A stretch of 64,000 bases of DNA from Polyangiaceae bacterium (GCA_965222375.1 CBDCTZ010000005.1:544001-608000), one strand, 5' to 3'; shown: positions 39,620 to 48,824, counted from the first letter of the stretch. The notes: generated from the letters alone by a model not told the origin. Translations and numbers: made by a program.

Positions 39620-40506
39620 GGCGCAACCTCCAGGGACGGATCGGGTTTGTCGCATTCAGTTGAAGGTGACTCCGAATGGCGCGGGTCGCCGCAGGAACTC
39701 GCAGCACTTGCGCTGAAACCCGTACGCTTGCGCGGCGCGCTTGCGCTGGCGGTTCCAGCGCTCGGGTGTTCGTAGAAGGGCACGCCTTTGAGCCAAAGCC
39801 GCAGGGCATTCCAGTAGATGGCAGCGAAGACCTTCGCGGTCATCCAGGGCACACTCAGTACTCGCCGGGCGAGCGCCCGTCGAGACCACGCAGTGCGCCG
39901 CATCGAGAGCGTTGCGTCGAAGACCAACCGATCCGGCTCGAATGTTTGCATATGCACCACCAAACTCTGCCCGGGCTCGCTGAACGTCCAGCGGTAGCGC
40001 TGCTTCATGGGCATGAACGGTGAAACGTGGAACTTCTTGTCGAATTCGAAGCACAGTGGCGCGTGCTTCGACTGTCGGTTCAGAACGTACAGATGACGCT
40101 CGCCCCAGGGCGTATTGTCGACTTCCGCTACAATGCACTGGACCCGCGTCCCGGGCTCGTCGAATACGTAGAAGAAGCTGACCGGGTTGAACGCAAAGCC
40201 GAGCATCCTCAAATGCGCCAGAGCTCGGATGGGGCCTTTCGGGCGCTCACCCAGTTGCGCCTCGATCGCGTCTCGCACTGCGACCTCGAGGCTGGAAGAA
40301 CTCCCGGCCAGATGGTCCCGTCGCCGGAGCCAAGCCAGAGCAGGCCAGCGCGCGGACGCGATCGGCCAAGGCCGGAGCAGCTCGGTGGCCTCGCCGAGAT
40401 CCAGATATGGCTGGAAGATCCGGTAGCGTAGGTCGTGGGGCCGAGGTGACCGACGCCGGTGCCGCACCCAACCGTCGTAGATGGCGCTGTCAGTCAATCC
40501 AGCCAC
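39616..40506 (-). CDS. DUF1365 family protein (UfaO-like)
   Basis: GWVRHRR, GFAFNPVSFFY, AEVDNTPWGERHLY, KKFHVSPFM, IYWNALRLWLKG; true start may be TTG 40497 (GGAGG 8 nt upstream). Confidence 0.9.
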   Translation of the reverse strand: MAGLTDSAIYDGWVRHRRRSPRPHDLRYRIFQPYLDLGEATELLRPWPIASARWPALAWLRRRDHLAGSSSSLEVAVRDAIEAQLGERPKGPIRALAHLRMLGFAFNPVSFFYVFDEPGTRVQCIVAEVDNTPWGERHLYVLNRQSKHAPLCFEFDKKFHVSPFMPMKQRYRWTFSEPGQSLVVHMQTFEPDRLVFDATLSMRRTAWSRRALARRVLSVPWMTAKVFAAIYWNALRLWLKGVPFYEHPSAGTASASAPRKRTGFSASAASSCGDPRHSESPSTECDKPDPSLEVAP

Positions 40507-41741
40507 CTCCCGAAGCGTCGCGCCACCCGCAACGCGCTACGCACGCCATCCTCGTGAAATCCGTTGTACCAGTACGCGCCCGCGTAGTGGGTCCGGTTGA
40601 GGCCGCTGATCTCCTCGAAACGAGTCTGTGCTCGAACGGCCTGCTGGGTATACACGGGGTGTTGGTAGTGCATACGCTTCAGCACTTTCTTGGGATCGAT
40701 GCGGTCCGTCCGATTGAGGGTCACACAAAAAGTCACCGGAGCTGAAAGCCCTTGAAGCAGGTTCATGTTGTAGGTCACGGTCACGGGGCCAGTCCGATCC
40801 GAATCCACGTGGTAGTTCCAAGCCGCCCAGGCAGCGTGATGGCGAGGTAGGAGCTGCTCATCGGTGTGCAACACCGCCTCATTCGGCTGGTAGCGCATGG
40901 CCGATAGCACTTCTTGCTCTTGCTCCGTCGGGGATTCGAGCAGGTTGAGCGCTTGATCGCTGTGGCACGCGAAGATGACCTCGTCCGCTACGACGCCGCG
41001 CCCGTCGTCAAGAGCAACCTCCACCTCCGACCGCCGACGCACCGCGCTTTTGACGGCGCAGCCTGTGAGAATCTTGTCGCGGAAGCCTTCGGTCAAAGGA
41101 CCCACGTAGGAGCGGGAACCACCGACGATGGTTCGCCAGATAGGTTGGTCCACGACGTTCAGCATCGCGTGATGGTCGAAGAACCGCAGGAAGAACGCGG
41201 CTGGGCCTTCGAGCACGTCGCCTTGATCGGCGGACCAGATTGCTGCGGCCATAGGTACGATGAAGCGTTCGCGGAATGCGCGGCCGTAACCCTCGACCCG
41301 CAGCAATTCAGCCAGGCTCGTGTCTGCCGGTAGATCTGCTAGTGCGCGGCGCGCGGTCCGGCCGAAACGTACGATTTCTAACACCATTCGATGGTGGGCG
41401 GGCGACAGCCACGCTCGACGGTTGGGAAAAAAACCCCGTAGCGTCGTGGCCGCGTATTCGAAACCGGAGCGCTCATCTCGAACGCCAAAGCTCATGTTGC
41501 TCGGTCGAGACGCCACACCCAAGCGCTGAAGTAACCTTGTGAACCGCGGATAGGTCCAGGTGTTGAACACGATGAATCCGGTATCCACGGCGTAGCTCGC
41601 GCCGCCGACCTCGACATCGAGGGTGTGGGTGTGGCCGCCTATGTGGTCGGCGGCCTCTAACACCGTAACGTCGTGCGCGGGCGCCAGTAGGTGCGCACAA
41701 ACCAGCCCGGAAATCCCGGAGCCCACGATGATCACGCGCAT
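40494..41741 (-). CDS. FAD-dependent oxidoreductase, amine-oxidase-like (UfaD/Rv0449c-like)
   Basis: GSGISGL, GGHTHT, VDTGFIVFN..TYP, PMAAAIWS, CHSDQAL, AWAAWNY, GAYWYNGFHEDG. Confidence 0.92.
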   Translation of the reverse strand: MRVIIVGSGISGLVCAHLLAPAHDVTVLEAADHIGGHTHTLDVEVGGASYAVDTGFIVFNTWTYPRFTRLLQRLGVASRPSNMSFGVRDERSGFEYAATTLRGFFPNRRAWLSPAHHRMVLEIVRFGRTARRALADLPADTSLAELLRVEGYGRAFRERFIVPMAAAIWSADQGDVLEGPAAFFLRFFDHHAMLNVVDQPIWRTIVGGSRSYVGPLTEGFRDKILTGCAVKSAVRRRSEVEVALDDGRGVVADEVIFACHSDQALNLLESPTEQEQEVLSAMRYQPNEAVLHTDEQLLPRHHAAWAAWNYHVDSDRTGPVTVTYNMNLLQGLSAPVTFCVTLNRTDRIDPKKVLKRMHYQHPVYTQQAVRAQTRFEEISGLNRTHYAGAYWYNGFHEDGVRSALRVARRFGRWLD

Positions 41742-41857
41742 GCCCTGTCCATAGGTCGTCTAGGACAGAACCGACAGGTCCGACACCCAATTTTTCCTCC
41801 TACAGCTTGGCAGCCGAGCGAAGGCTGCGCATAGATCCGAGACCCTTGCCGCGCGCC

Positions 41858-43024
41858 ATGTCGTTTTTTCTGTTTTTCGCTGTCGCTCTCAGCCTGGTCG
41901 GCGCGGTGCACTACTACATCTGGGCGCGACTGGTGCGGGACATGGCGCTGCCGGATTGGGCGCATCGGGGTCTGACCCTGGTGGTGGTGGCGCTGTGTCT
42001 GAGCATTCCGTTGACCTTCTGGCTGGGCCGCCGGCTGCCCTTGGACAACACGCGACCGCTGATGCTGGTCGCCTTCGGTTGGCTCGGGATGGTGTTCCTG
42101 CTCCTGGTGGTGCTCGGGATGAGCGAACTCGTGCGCGCCGGCTTCGGGCTCTGGGCGCGCTTCGCATCCGACTTGCCTCCCGAAGACCCCGAACGCCGGT
42201 TGACTCTCTCGCGCATGGTGGGAGGCACCGTGGCGGTGGTGTCGGGCGGCCTTGGCGCCCTGGCGACCCACCAGGGACTGACGCGTCTGGTCGTGAAGAG
42301 AATCGAGGTCGCCCTGCCTCGCTTTCCATCCTCTCTGAACGGGTTTTCCATCGTGCAGATCAGCGACGTGCATGTGGGACCGACCATTCGCCGGGAGTTC
42401 ATCGAGAGCATCGTTGAGCGCGTCAACGCGCTCGAGCCGGACTTGATAGCCATCACCGGTGATCTGGTGGATGGCTCCGTGGCCCAGCTGGCCAAACACA
42501 TTGCCCCGCTCGCAGATCTGAAGGCGACCCATGGGGTCTTTTTCGTGACTGGCAATCACGAGTACTACTCCGGTGTGGATGCTTGGTGCTCGGAGCTGCG
42601 CCGCATCGGGATCCAGGTGCTTCAGAACGAGCGCGTGCAAATTGGGCAAGGCTCCCAGAGCTTCGATTTGGCCGGGGTCGACGACTACAGTGCCGGTCGC
42701 TTCGGGCGAGCTCCCAGTCTCGAGCGCGCCCTCGAAGGCCGGAATTCCGAGCGGGAACTCGTGCTGTTGGCGCACCAACCCCGTGCGGTGTTCGAGGCAA
42801 GCAAGTCCGGAGTGGGCTTGCAGCTGTCGGGACACACCCACGGCGGCCAAATCTGGCCCTGGAACATCTTCGTCAAGCTGCAGCAGCCCGTCGTCAGCGG
42901 CTTGGAGCGTTTCGGCGACACACTCGTCTACGTCAGCAACGGTACGGGTTATTGGGGCCCTCCCATGCGGCTCGGCGCACCCGCAGAGATCACTCGATTG
43001 GAACTGTCCGCCAAATCCGCGTGA
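41858..43024 (+). CDS. membrane-anchored metallophosphoesterase (YkuE-like)
   Basis: N-terminal TM helices; SDVH, TGDLVD, GNHE, AHQP, GHTHGGQ, YWGPPMR. Confidence 0.92.
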   Translation: MSFFLFFAVALSLVGAVHYYIWARLVRDMALPDWAHRGLTLVVVALCLSIPLTFWLGRRLPLDNTRPLMLVAFGWLGMVFLLLVVLGMSELVRAGFGLWARFASDLPPEDPERRLTLSRMVGGTVAVVSGGLGALATHQGLTRLVVKRIEVALPRFPSSLNGFSIVQISDVHVGPTIRREFIESIVERVNALEPDLIAITGDLVDGSVAQLAKHIAPLADLKATHGVFFVTGNHEYYSGVDAWCSELRRIGIQVLQNERVQIGQGSQSFDLAGVDDYSAGRFGRAPSLERALEGRNSERELVLLAHQPRAVFEASKSGVGLQLSGHTHGGQIWPWNIFVKLQQPVVSGLERFGDTLVYVSNGTGYWGPPMRLGAPAEITRLELSAKSA

Positions 43025-44577
43025 GCTTCTGCGATTGCGCGAGCGACGCGAATGCCGTCCACGGCGGCGCTGACGATGCCGCCAGCATAGCCGGCGCCCT
43101 CCCCAGCGGGATACAGACCGACGCAGTCCGGCGACTGTAGCGACGCCGGATCACGCAAAACGCGAACGGGAGCACTCGTGCGAGACTCCGTCGCTACGAG
43201 CACTGCGTCCTCGGTAACGAAGCCTCGCATCTTCTTGCCGAACGCGGTCAAGGCACGGGCGAGTCGCTCGGACAGCGGCAATCCAGACGCAGCGAGCACT
43301 TCGCGCACGTCCCCAGCGGCAAGCCCTGGTCGATAGCTACTCTGGGGTGCCGTGCTCGAGCCCCGCCCTTCTACGAAGTCGGTCACTCGCGTCGCAGGCG
43401 CGTGCAGTCGGCCACTCCCAGCGGCCAATGCTGCCGCTTCAACTCGACGCTGGAGCTCGACGCCGCCCTGAGGGTCCGTAAGCCCAAGGGCGGCCAGGTC
43501 CTCGAGTTCGACGCTGACCACCAAGCCCGAATTCGCGAAGGGGGAGTCGCGCCGAGACAGGCTCATTCCGTTGACCACCAAGCCACTCGAATCCGTAGAG
43601 GCGGGCACGATGAACCCTCCCGGACACATGCAAAAGGAGAACACCCCCCTGCCCTCCTGGGTCAACGCCAGGCGGTAGCTCGCCGAAGGTAGCTTCGGAT
43701 GGCCCGCTGCCTTGCCGTACTGGATGCGGTTGATCAGCGGTTGGGGATGTTCGACGCGCACTCCCAGCGCGAAGGGTTTGGCCTCGAGGCGAACGCCCGA
43801 AGCTGCGAGCCACGAAAAAACATCCCGAGCAGAGTGCCCCGTGGCCACCACCACCGCGGCGGCGGCCACTTCGTCGCCATCCGCGAGCCGAACACCCTGC
43901 ACACGGCCTGCCCGTGTGATCAGCTCGGTGACGCGGGCGCCGAATCGGAACTTCACTCCGACGCCTTCGAGCGCAAGCCGCATCGCGGTGATCACGTTCG
44001 GTAGTCGGTTGCTTCCAATGTGCGGTCGGGCGTCAGTGAGTATGTCCCGGGGCGCGCCGTGGATAGCCAGGATCTCGAGCACGTCAGCGACGCTGCCGCG
44101 CTTGTGGGAGCGGGTGTAGAGTTTGCCGTCGCTGTAGGTACCGGCGCCACCCTCACCAAAGCAGTAGTTGCTGTCCGGATCGACGTCTCCTCGCGCATAC
44201 AGCCCCTTGAGGTCCTTGCGACGTGGCTGTACGGGCTTGCCCCGGTCGAGCACCACGCTTGCAATTGTGTGTCTCGCGAGTTCGTACGCACAGAACAGCC
44301 CCGCAGGACCGTCTCCAACAATCACCACCCGAGGCGGCTGCTTTACATCTCGGGGCACCGCACCTCCCAGTTGCTGGTCAGCCTGTGACTCCCCAACCGT
44401 CAGCAAGAAGCGCACCCTCCCATGCCGCGCGTCCACGGAGCGCTTCTTGACTTCGAGTTGTGGCAACTCGCTCCGGGGCACGCCCAACTTGGCGGCGGCG
44501 GCATGCGCCAGGGCCTCGGGATCGTCCGCATCGTCCAGACCCAGCTGCAGCTGAACGTCATCGAAGGGGCGCTGCAT
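42949..44577 (-). CDS. NAD(P)/FAD-dependent oxidoreductase of unknown function
   Basis: GDGPAGLF, FGEGGAGTYSDGKL, PHIGSN, FCMCPGG, ESRTSAPVR, GEGAGYAGGIVSAAVDG; 3' end overlaps the convergent gene. Confidence 0.88.
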   Translation of the reverse strand: MQRPFDDVQLQLGLDDADDPEALAHAAAAKLGVPRSELPQLEVKKRSVDARHGRVRFLLTVGESQADQQLGGAVPRDVKQPPRVVIVGDGPAGLFCAYELARHTIASVVLDRGKPVQPRRKDLKGLYARGDVDPDSNYCFGEGGAGTYSDGKLYTRSHKRGSVADVLEILAIHGAPRDILTDARPHIGSNRLPNVITAMRLALEGVGVKFRFGARVTELITRAGRVQGVRLADGDEVAAAAVVVATGHSARDVFSWLAASGVRLEAKPFALGVRVEHPQPLINRIQYGKAAGHPKLPSASYRLALTQEGRGVFSFCMCPGGFIVPASTDSSGLVVNGMSLSRRDSPFANSGLVVSVELEDLAALGLTDPQGGVELQRRVEAAALAAGSGRLHAPATRVTDFVEGRGSSTAPQSSYRPGLAAGDVREVLAASGLPLSERLARALTAFGKKMRGFVTEDAVLVATESRTSAPVRVLRDPASLQSPDCVGLYPAGEGAGYAGGIVSAAVDGIRVARAIAEAHADLADSSNRVISAGAPSRMGGPQ

Positions 44578-44631
44578 GGGCCACGAGCATAAGTCCTGCG
44601 CTGCCAAACAGCACAAAACACCTTATGAATC

Positions 44632-44657
44632 CGATCCGAAGGCCGCTGTCAGTCGTA
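44632..44657 (+). promoter_or_regulatory. putative ECF sigma promoter upstream of the sigma gene (CGATCC-N16-CGTA)
   Basis: CGATCC gaaggccgctgtcagt CGTA; same boxes and spacing recur at 45965. Confidence 0.7.
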
Positions 44658-44741
44658 GAATCTGTCGTGTTCTGTGCCACCCCCGACGCTGACTGGCGGA
44701 CCCGGCTTCCTGCCAGCGCTCGGGCCTGGTACTTTCCAGTC

Positions 44742-45320
44742 GTGAACCGCAGCCGCTCAGTCGAAGCCACCCGTGCCGACGACGCTGCGCTGTTGAGCCG
44801 ACTCGCTCGAGGGGATCGCGATGCCTTGGCGGCTCTGTACGACGCCTACTCTTCCGCTGTGTTCGGCGTGGTTCGGCGCATCGTGCGAACCGCGACGGAA
44901 GCAGAGGACATTTGTCACGACGTCTTCGTGGAAGCTTGGCGCCGAGCGGCGGACTATGACCCGGCGCGGGGCTCGGTTCGGACTTGGTTGGTCTTGCGGG
45001 CGCGGAGCCGCGCCCTCGATCATGTCAAGAGCGCGGCAGTGAGTCGCACGGACGCGCTCACCGAGCTCGTTCGCTCTGACGACTCGCCAGACTCCGCCAT
45101 GGCTCGCGCCAGCGACGGCGCTCGAGTCGTGAGTGCATTGTCTGCCTTGCCGGAAGAACAGCGAGCAGTACTACTACTCGGGTACTTTCAGGGGTTATCC
45201 TCCACGGAAATCGCGGAGGTGATGGGCACGCCGGTCGGGACCGTCAAATCCCGGGTTGCGTCCGCTTTGGGTCGGCTGCGGAAGCTGCTAGCAGAACCGG
45301 TCAAGGAGGGCGCCACATGA
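44742..45320 (+). CDS. ECF RNA polymerase sigma factor (SigK/RpoE-ChrR type)
   Basis: AEDICHDVFVEAW..YDPARGSVRTWL; LPEEQR..EIAEVMGTPVGTVKSR; start uncertain. Confidence 0.93.
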   Translation: MNRSRSVEATRADDAALLSRLARGDRDALAALYDAYSSAVFGVVRRIVRTATEAEDICHDVFVEAWRRAADYDPARGSVRTWLVLRARSRALDHVKSAAVSRTDALTELVRSDDSPDSAMARASDGARVVSALSALPEEQRAVLLLGYFQGLSSTEIAEVMGTPVGTVKSRVASALGRLRKLLAEPVKEGAT

Positions 45321-45907
45321 GCAGTCCGAAGGCCGACATTCCCGAACTATTCGCGGAAGTGCTGTCTGAGGCGGGCATTTCCGAGGCCGAAGCGCGCGAA
45401 ATCGCTGGCGCCCTCGCGATGACAGTAGACGCGACGCCACCCCGTTCGCTCCGCGGGCGCCTAGTAGAAACAGTCTCGCAGCCAGACCAGCGCTACGCCC
45501 CATTCTGGGAGCGGCTGACGAGCATGTTCGACCTGCCCCTAGAGGCCATGCGCAAGGTGCTGTCCAGCGCGAAAGAGGTCACTAGTTGGGAGGCCGCACC
45601 CGTGCCGGGGGTGGATCTGTTGCACTTCGATGGCGGCGCCCAAGTGGCGACGGCAGATTGCGGCCTGGTGCGCCTGGCACCGGGCACCCAATTCCCCGAG
45701 CACACCCACCTGGGCAATGAACTGGTTTTCGTCCTCGCTGGCAGCTACGCGGACAGCGGTGGACGGGTCTACTCAGCTGGTGACGTGCAGGAAATGCCTG
45801 CAGGAACGTCCCACAGCTTCATGGCATCGCCGGACGACGGTTGTTTATTTGCGCTAGTCCTCGTTGCAGGCATCGAGATCCCGGGGCTCGGCAAGCTGGG
45901 CGGCTGA
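45317..45907 (+). CDS. anti-sigma factor with ChrR-like cupin domain
   Basis: ATGA-coupled to the sigma gene; PPRSLRGRL; cupin FPEHTHLGNE..VLAGSY..PAGTSH. Confidence 0.8.
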   Translation: MSSPKADIPELFAEVLSEAGISEAEAREIAGALAMTVDATPPRSLRGRLVETVSQPDQRYAPFWERLTSMFDLPLEAMRKVLSSAKEVTSWEAAPVPGVDLLHFDGGAQVATADCGLVRLAPGTQFPEHTHLGNELVFVLAGSYADSGGRVYSAGDVQEMPAGTSHSFMASPDDGCLFALVLVAGIEIPGLGKLGG

Positions 45908-45964
45908 TTTACGCAGCGACTTCAGCCAGTTGCGGCGAATCGCCAGCGACCGCCGCTTGAGATG

Positions 45965-45990
45965 CGATCCAGCAGGCCCACGCGCTCGTA
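45965..45990 (+). promoter_or_regulatory. putative ECF sigma promoter upstream of the DUF4331 operon (CGATCC-N16-CGTA)
   Basis: CGATCC agcaggcccacgcgct CGTA, ~60 nt before the GGAGG-preceded ATG at 46052. Confidence 0.7.
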
Positions 45991-46051
45991 AGTACCCTGA
46001 GCTTTCGGAGCCAGTTCCGAGGGCAACTAACCACTTCATTCTGGAGGTTTC

Positions 46052-46687
46052 ATGCGTAACCAATGGTGGCTCGCCCTTGGCGGGCCCATAGCGCTCGGCG
46101 TTGGGCTCTTGTTCATCGGTTCGGACAGCAACGCTGCCGATCATATCGATGCTCCCGGGGCGACCAATGATCCCGCAGCCGATATCAACGACCTGTTCGT
46201 ATTCCGAAGCAAAGATCCCGCAGCGGTCGCGACGGACCGCACGGTGTTCGCCCTGACGGTTACCCCTTTGGCGACCGCAACTAGCCGCTTCAGTGACAAA
46301 GTGGACTACGAATTCCGCATCACCGACGCGGACGCTCCCGCGAATACGTTCACCATCAAATGCAACGCGACGGCGGACGCAAGCCAGATGGTGACCTGCG
46401 CCATCGGAAGCGACACCAAGACGGTCGCCTTTGATGCAGTTGAAGCAGGTGACGCTGTCGGCGACAACATACGGGTCTTCGCCGGGCTGAGGGATGATCC
46501 GTTCTTCGCTGATCTCCCGGAGATCCAGGACACGCTGAAGACTGGCAAGCCCGACAAGATGATCGACGGCAAAGGCGTCGACTTTCTCGCTGGCAAGAAC
46601 GTGCTTGCCCTGGTTGTTGACGTGAAGAACACCGTGTTCGGCTCGTCGACGAACCTCAAGGTCCACGCTGTCACAGTGCGGAAGTAA
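46052..46687 (+). CDS. DUF4331 family secreted protein (N-terminal-half type)
   Basis: Signal peptide; ADHIDAP..DPAADINDLFVF, VFAGLRDDPFF, DFLAGKNVLALVV. Confidence 0.85.
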   Translation: MRNQWWLALGGPIALGVGLLFIGSDSNAADHIDAPGATNDPAADINDLFVFRSKDPAAVATDRTVFALTVTPLATATSRFSDKVDYEFRITDADAPANTFTIKCNATADASQMVTCAIGSDTKTVAFDAVEAGDAVGDNIRVFAGLRDDPFFADLPEIQDTLKTGKPDKMIDGKGVDFLAGKNVLALVVDVKNTVFGSSTNLKVHAVTVRK

Positions 46688-46699
46688 AGGAGAGCGGTC

Positions 46700-47368
46700 A
46701 TGAAAAAGCTACTACCTCTAGCTGGTTGCATACTCCTCAGCAGCACGATGCTCATCGGCTGCGGCGACGATGACGACGACAAGAAGGCGGCAACGGGCGG
46801 CACGGGTGGGTCAACCGGCGGCGCTGGCGGAGCAACGGGCGGCGCTGGTAGCGCGACCGGTGGCGCCGGTGGTGCGACCGGCGGTGCTGGCGGAGCAACA
46901 GGCGGCGCGGGTGGCGCACTACCGACGGGGCAGATCGACCGCAACGGTCGCCCCGCGATCTCCACGGCCCTCATCGCGGCGGCCAACAAGGACGCCTACA
47001 ATCAGGCGGCCCCGGCTGCCTGGGCAAGCTTCGCCACGGAAATCGAAACCGCCCTCGACACGATCGATGGTCTCGACGGCGACAAGACCAACGGGCTTCT
47101 CGCCTCCACTCGCTCAGCCCTTGCCGGCGTCATTGCTGACGACCAGCTCCAGATCGATCTCACCATCGCGGACTGCGACGGCGCCTATCTGGCGCTGGAG
47201 CTCGCCACGCCAAACAAATGCGGTGGACGCACCCTCGATCAGGACGTGGTTGACACTACGCTCCAGTCCCTGGTGGACGCGACCGCCACCACCAAGGTAA
47301 GCGATGATGTCAGTGCAAACGACAAAGCGAACACTGACGCTTTCCCCTACCTGGCCGCGCCTCACTGA
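46700..47368 (+). CDS. DUF4331 family lipoprotein (C-terminal-half type)
   Basis: Lipobox LIGC; GGATGGA linker repeats; QIDRNGRPAI, GGRTLDQDVVD, FPYLAAPH. Confidence 0.85.
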   Translation: MKKLLPLAGCILLSSTMLIGCGDDDDDKKAATGGTGGSTGGAGGATGGAGSATGGAGGATGGAGGATGGAGGALPTGQIDRNGRPAISTALIAAANKDAYNQAAPAAWASFATEIETALDTIDGLDGDKTNGLLASTRSALAGVIADDQLQIDLTIADCDGAYLALELATPNKCGGRTLDQDVVDTTLQSLVDATATTKVSDDVSANDKANTDAFPYLAAPH

Positions 47369-47388
47369 ACCCATCACCCCGAAAGTCG

Positions 47389-47427
47389 GAGCGCCTCGGC
47401 GAACAGTCCCGCTGAGGCGCTCATTTT
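47389..47427 (+). terminator. 13-bp stem-loop between the DUF4331 genes and the TPR gene (terminator, attenuator or mRNA stabiliser)
   Basis: GAGCGCCTCGGCG-aacagtcc-CGCTGAGGCGCTC followed by ATTTT. Confidence 0.65.
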
Positions 47428-47440
47428 CGTGAGAGCTGAC

Positions 47441-48814
47441 ATGAAGAAGATCCTTTGCATCGTCATCACTGTAGCTGCCGCTGGTTGCACCGAGCACGAC
47501 GACACCCCACAGCCCGTCGCCAGCGCCGCGCCACTGACGAGCGCACCAGCCGCCAGTGCCAGCGCGGGCATTCCGTCCCCGCGAGCACCGCTGTCCCGCC
47601 CGCGCACGCAGTCCGAGCTGGGTACCACGAACGCCCGCATCTTCATGGGCAACTTGCAGGGGTCGGTAACAGCTGCCAAAGAGCGCTGGCTCAAGGACAA
47701 GCCGGCGGCTCATGCGGCACTTCTCTACGCGACCCCGCTGACCGCGACGGCAAAGATCTCCGGGGATTTGAACCAATTCGGAAAAGCGCTGGAGGTCGTC
47801 GAAACTGCCCTGACCAAGGAGCCCAAGAACCCGAAACTGCTAGCTCAGCAGGCTGGGCTGCTTTCCAGCCTGCATCGCTTCGACAAGGCAGCCGCGGCCG
47901 CGAAGGCCGCACATGAGCTGGCGCCCTCCCATGCCACCCGTGTGCTTCTGGCGGAGGTTGCCTGGAATAGCGGGAACTACGACGTGGCGATCAAAGAAAT
48001 CCGCGCCATCGCTAGGGATAAGCCGTCCCTCTACAGTCTCGCTCGCCTGGCACAGCTCGAATTTGCTCTCGGCCATGTCAAGGGTGCTGAGGACGCTTTC
48101 GCACGAGCCGAGACTCAGTTCAAGAACGTCTCCCCCGTCCCCATAGCGTGGCTGAACGTGCAGCGTGGGCTGTTGGGGTTGCACACCGGGCGCTTCGAGA
48201 TGGCGCAGATGTTCTACCGGGAAGCGGTAGATCGAATGCCCGACTACCCCATGGCCGTAGAGCACCTGGCTGAGATAGAGGCCCTTCGGGGCCAGCGCGA
48301 AGAAGCGGTCACGCGGTACAAGAAGGTCGTCAAAGCGACCGACAACCCCGAGCTAATCGGAGCGCTGGGCGGATTGCTCGCCGAGTACGGACAGACGGAG
48401 GAGTCCGAACGCATGGTCAAGCGCGCGAAAGACCGATTCGATGAGCTCTTGAAGCGCTTCCCGGAAGCGATGGCCGGCCACGCCGCGGACTTCTATCTGG
48501 GCGAGGGCGGCGACAAGAAACGCGCCCTTGCGCTGCTGGAACGGAACTTCCAGCTGCGACCGAACGCCGAAGCAAGCGCGGCGTTGGCGGCTGCTAAGTT
48601 GGAAAACGGCGACCTTCTTGGCGCGGCCAAGCTCGTGGATGAAGCCCTGGCTTCACCCGTGAAGAAAGCCGAAATCTATTGGACAGCCGCTCGGATCCGC
48701 CTCGCCCAAGAGCGCGCCGCGGACTCGAAGGCGCTGGCTGCAAAGGCCAAGGCGCTCAACCCCAAGATAGCAGTGCTGGAAGGGCCCCTGGCTGCGGAGC
48801 CGGAGCCGAAGTAA
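47441..48814 (+). CDS. TPR-repeat lipoprotein (DUF4331-associated type)
   Basis: Lipobox AAGC; serial TPR units (LHRFDKAAAAA, GRFEMAQMFYREA, EHLAEIEALRG). Confidence 0.85.
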   Translation: MKKILCIVITVAAAGCTEHDDTPQPVASAAPLTSAPAASASAGIPSPRAPLSRPRTQSELGTTNARIFMGNLQGSVTAAKERWLKDKPAAHAALLYATPLTATAKISGDLNQFGKALEVVETALTKEPKNPKLLAQQAGLLSSLHRFDKAAAAAKAAHELAPSHATRVLLAEVAWNSGNYDVAIKEIRAIARDKPSLYSLARLAQLEFALGHVKGAEDAFARAETQFKNVSPVPIAWLNVQRGLLGLHTGRFEMAQMFYREAVDRMPDYPMAVEHLAEIEALRGQREEAVTRYKKVVKATDNPELIGALGGLLAEYGQTEESERMVKRAKDRFDELLKRFPEAMAGHAADFYLGEGGDKKRALALLERNFQLRPNAEASAALAAAKLENGDLLGAAKLVDEALASPVKKAEIYWTAARIRLAQERAADSKALAAKAKALNPKIAVLEGPLAAEPEPK

Positions 48815-48824
48815 AGCAGCCGGC

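Noticed and set aside
41813..41838. GGATCT-N16-CGGC on the minus strand as a third ECF promoter for the ufa-like operon
   Set aside because: Four mismatches in ten positions against the two clean copies; not distinguishable from chance
46790..46920. GC-rich tandem repeats here and at 28870 and 59551 as CRISPR arrays
   Set aside because: In-frame Gly-rich linkers without unique spacers; no cas genes
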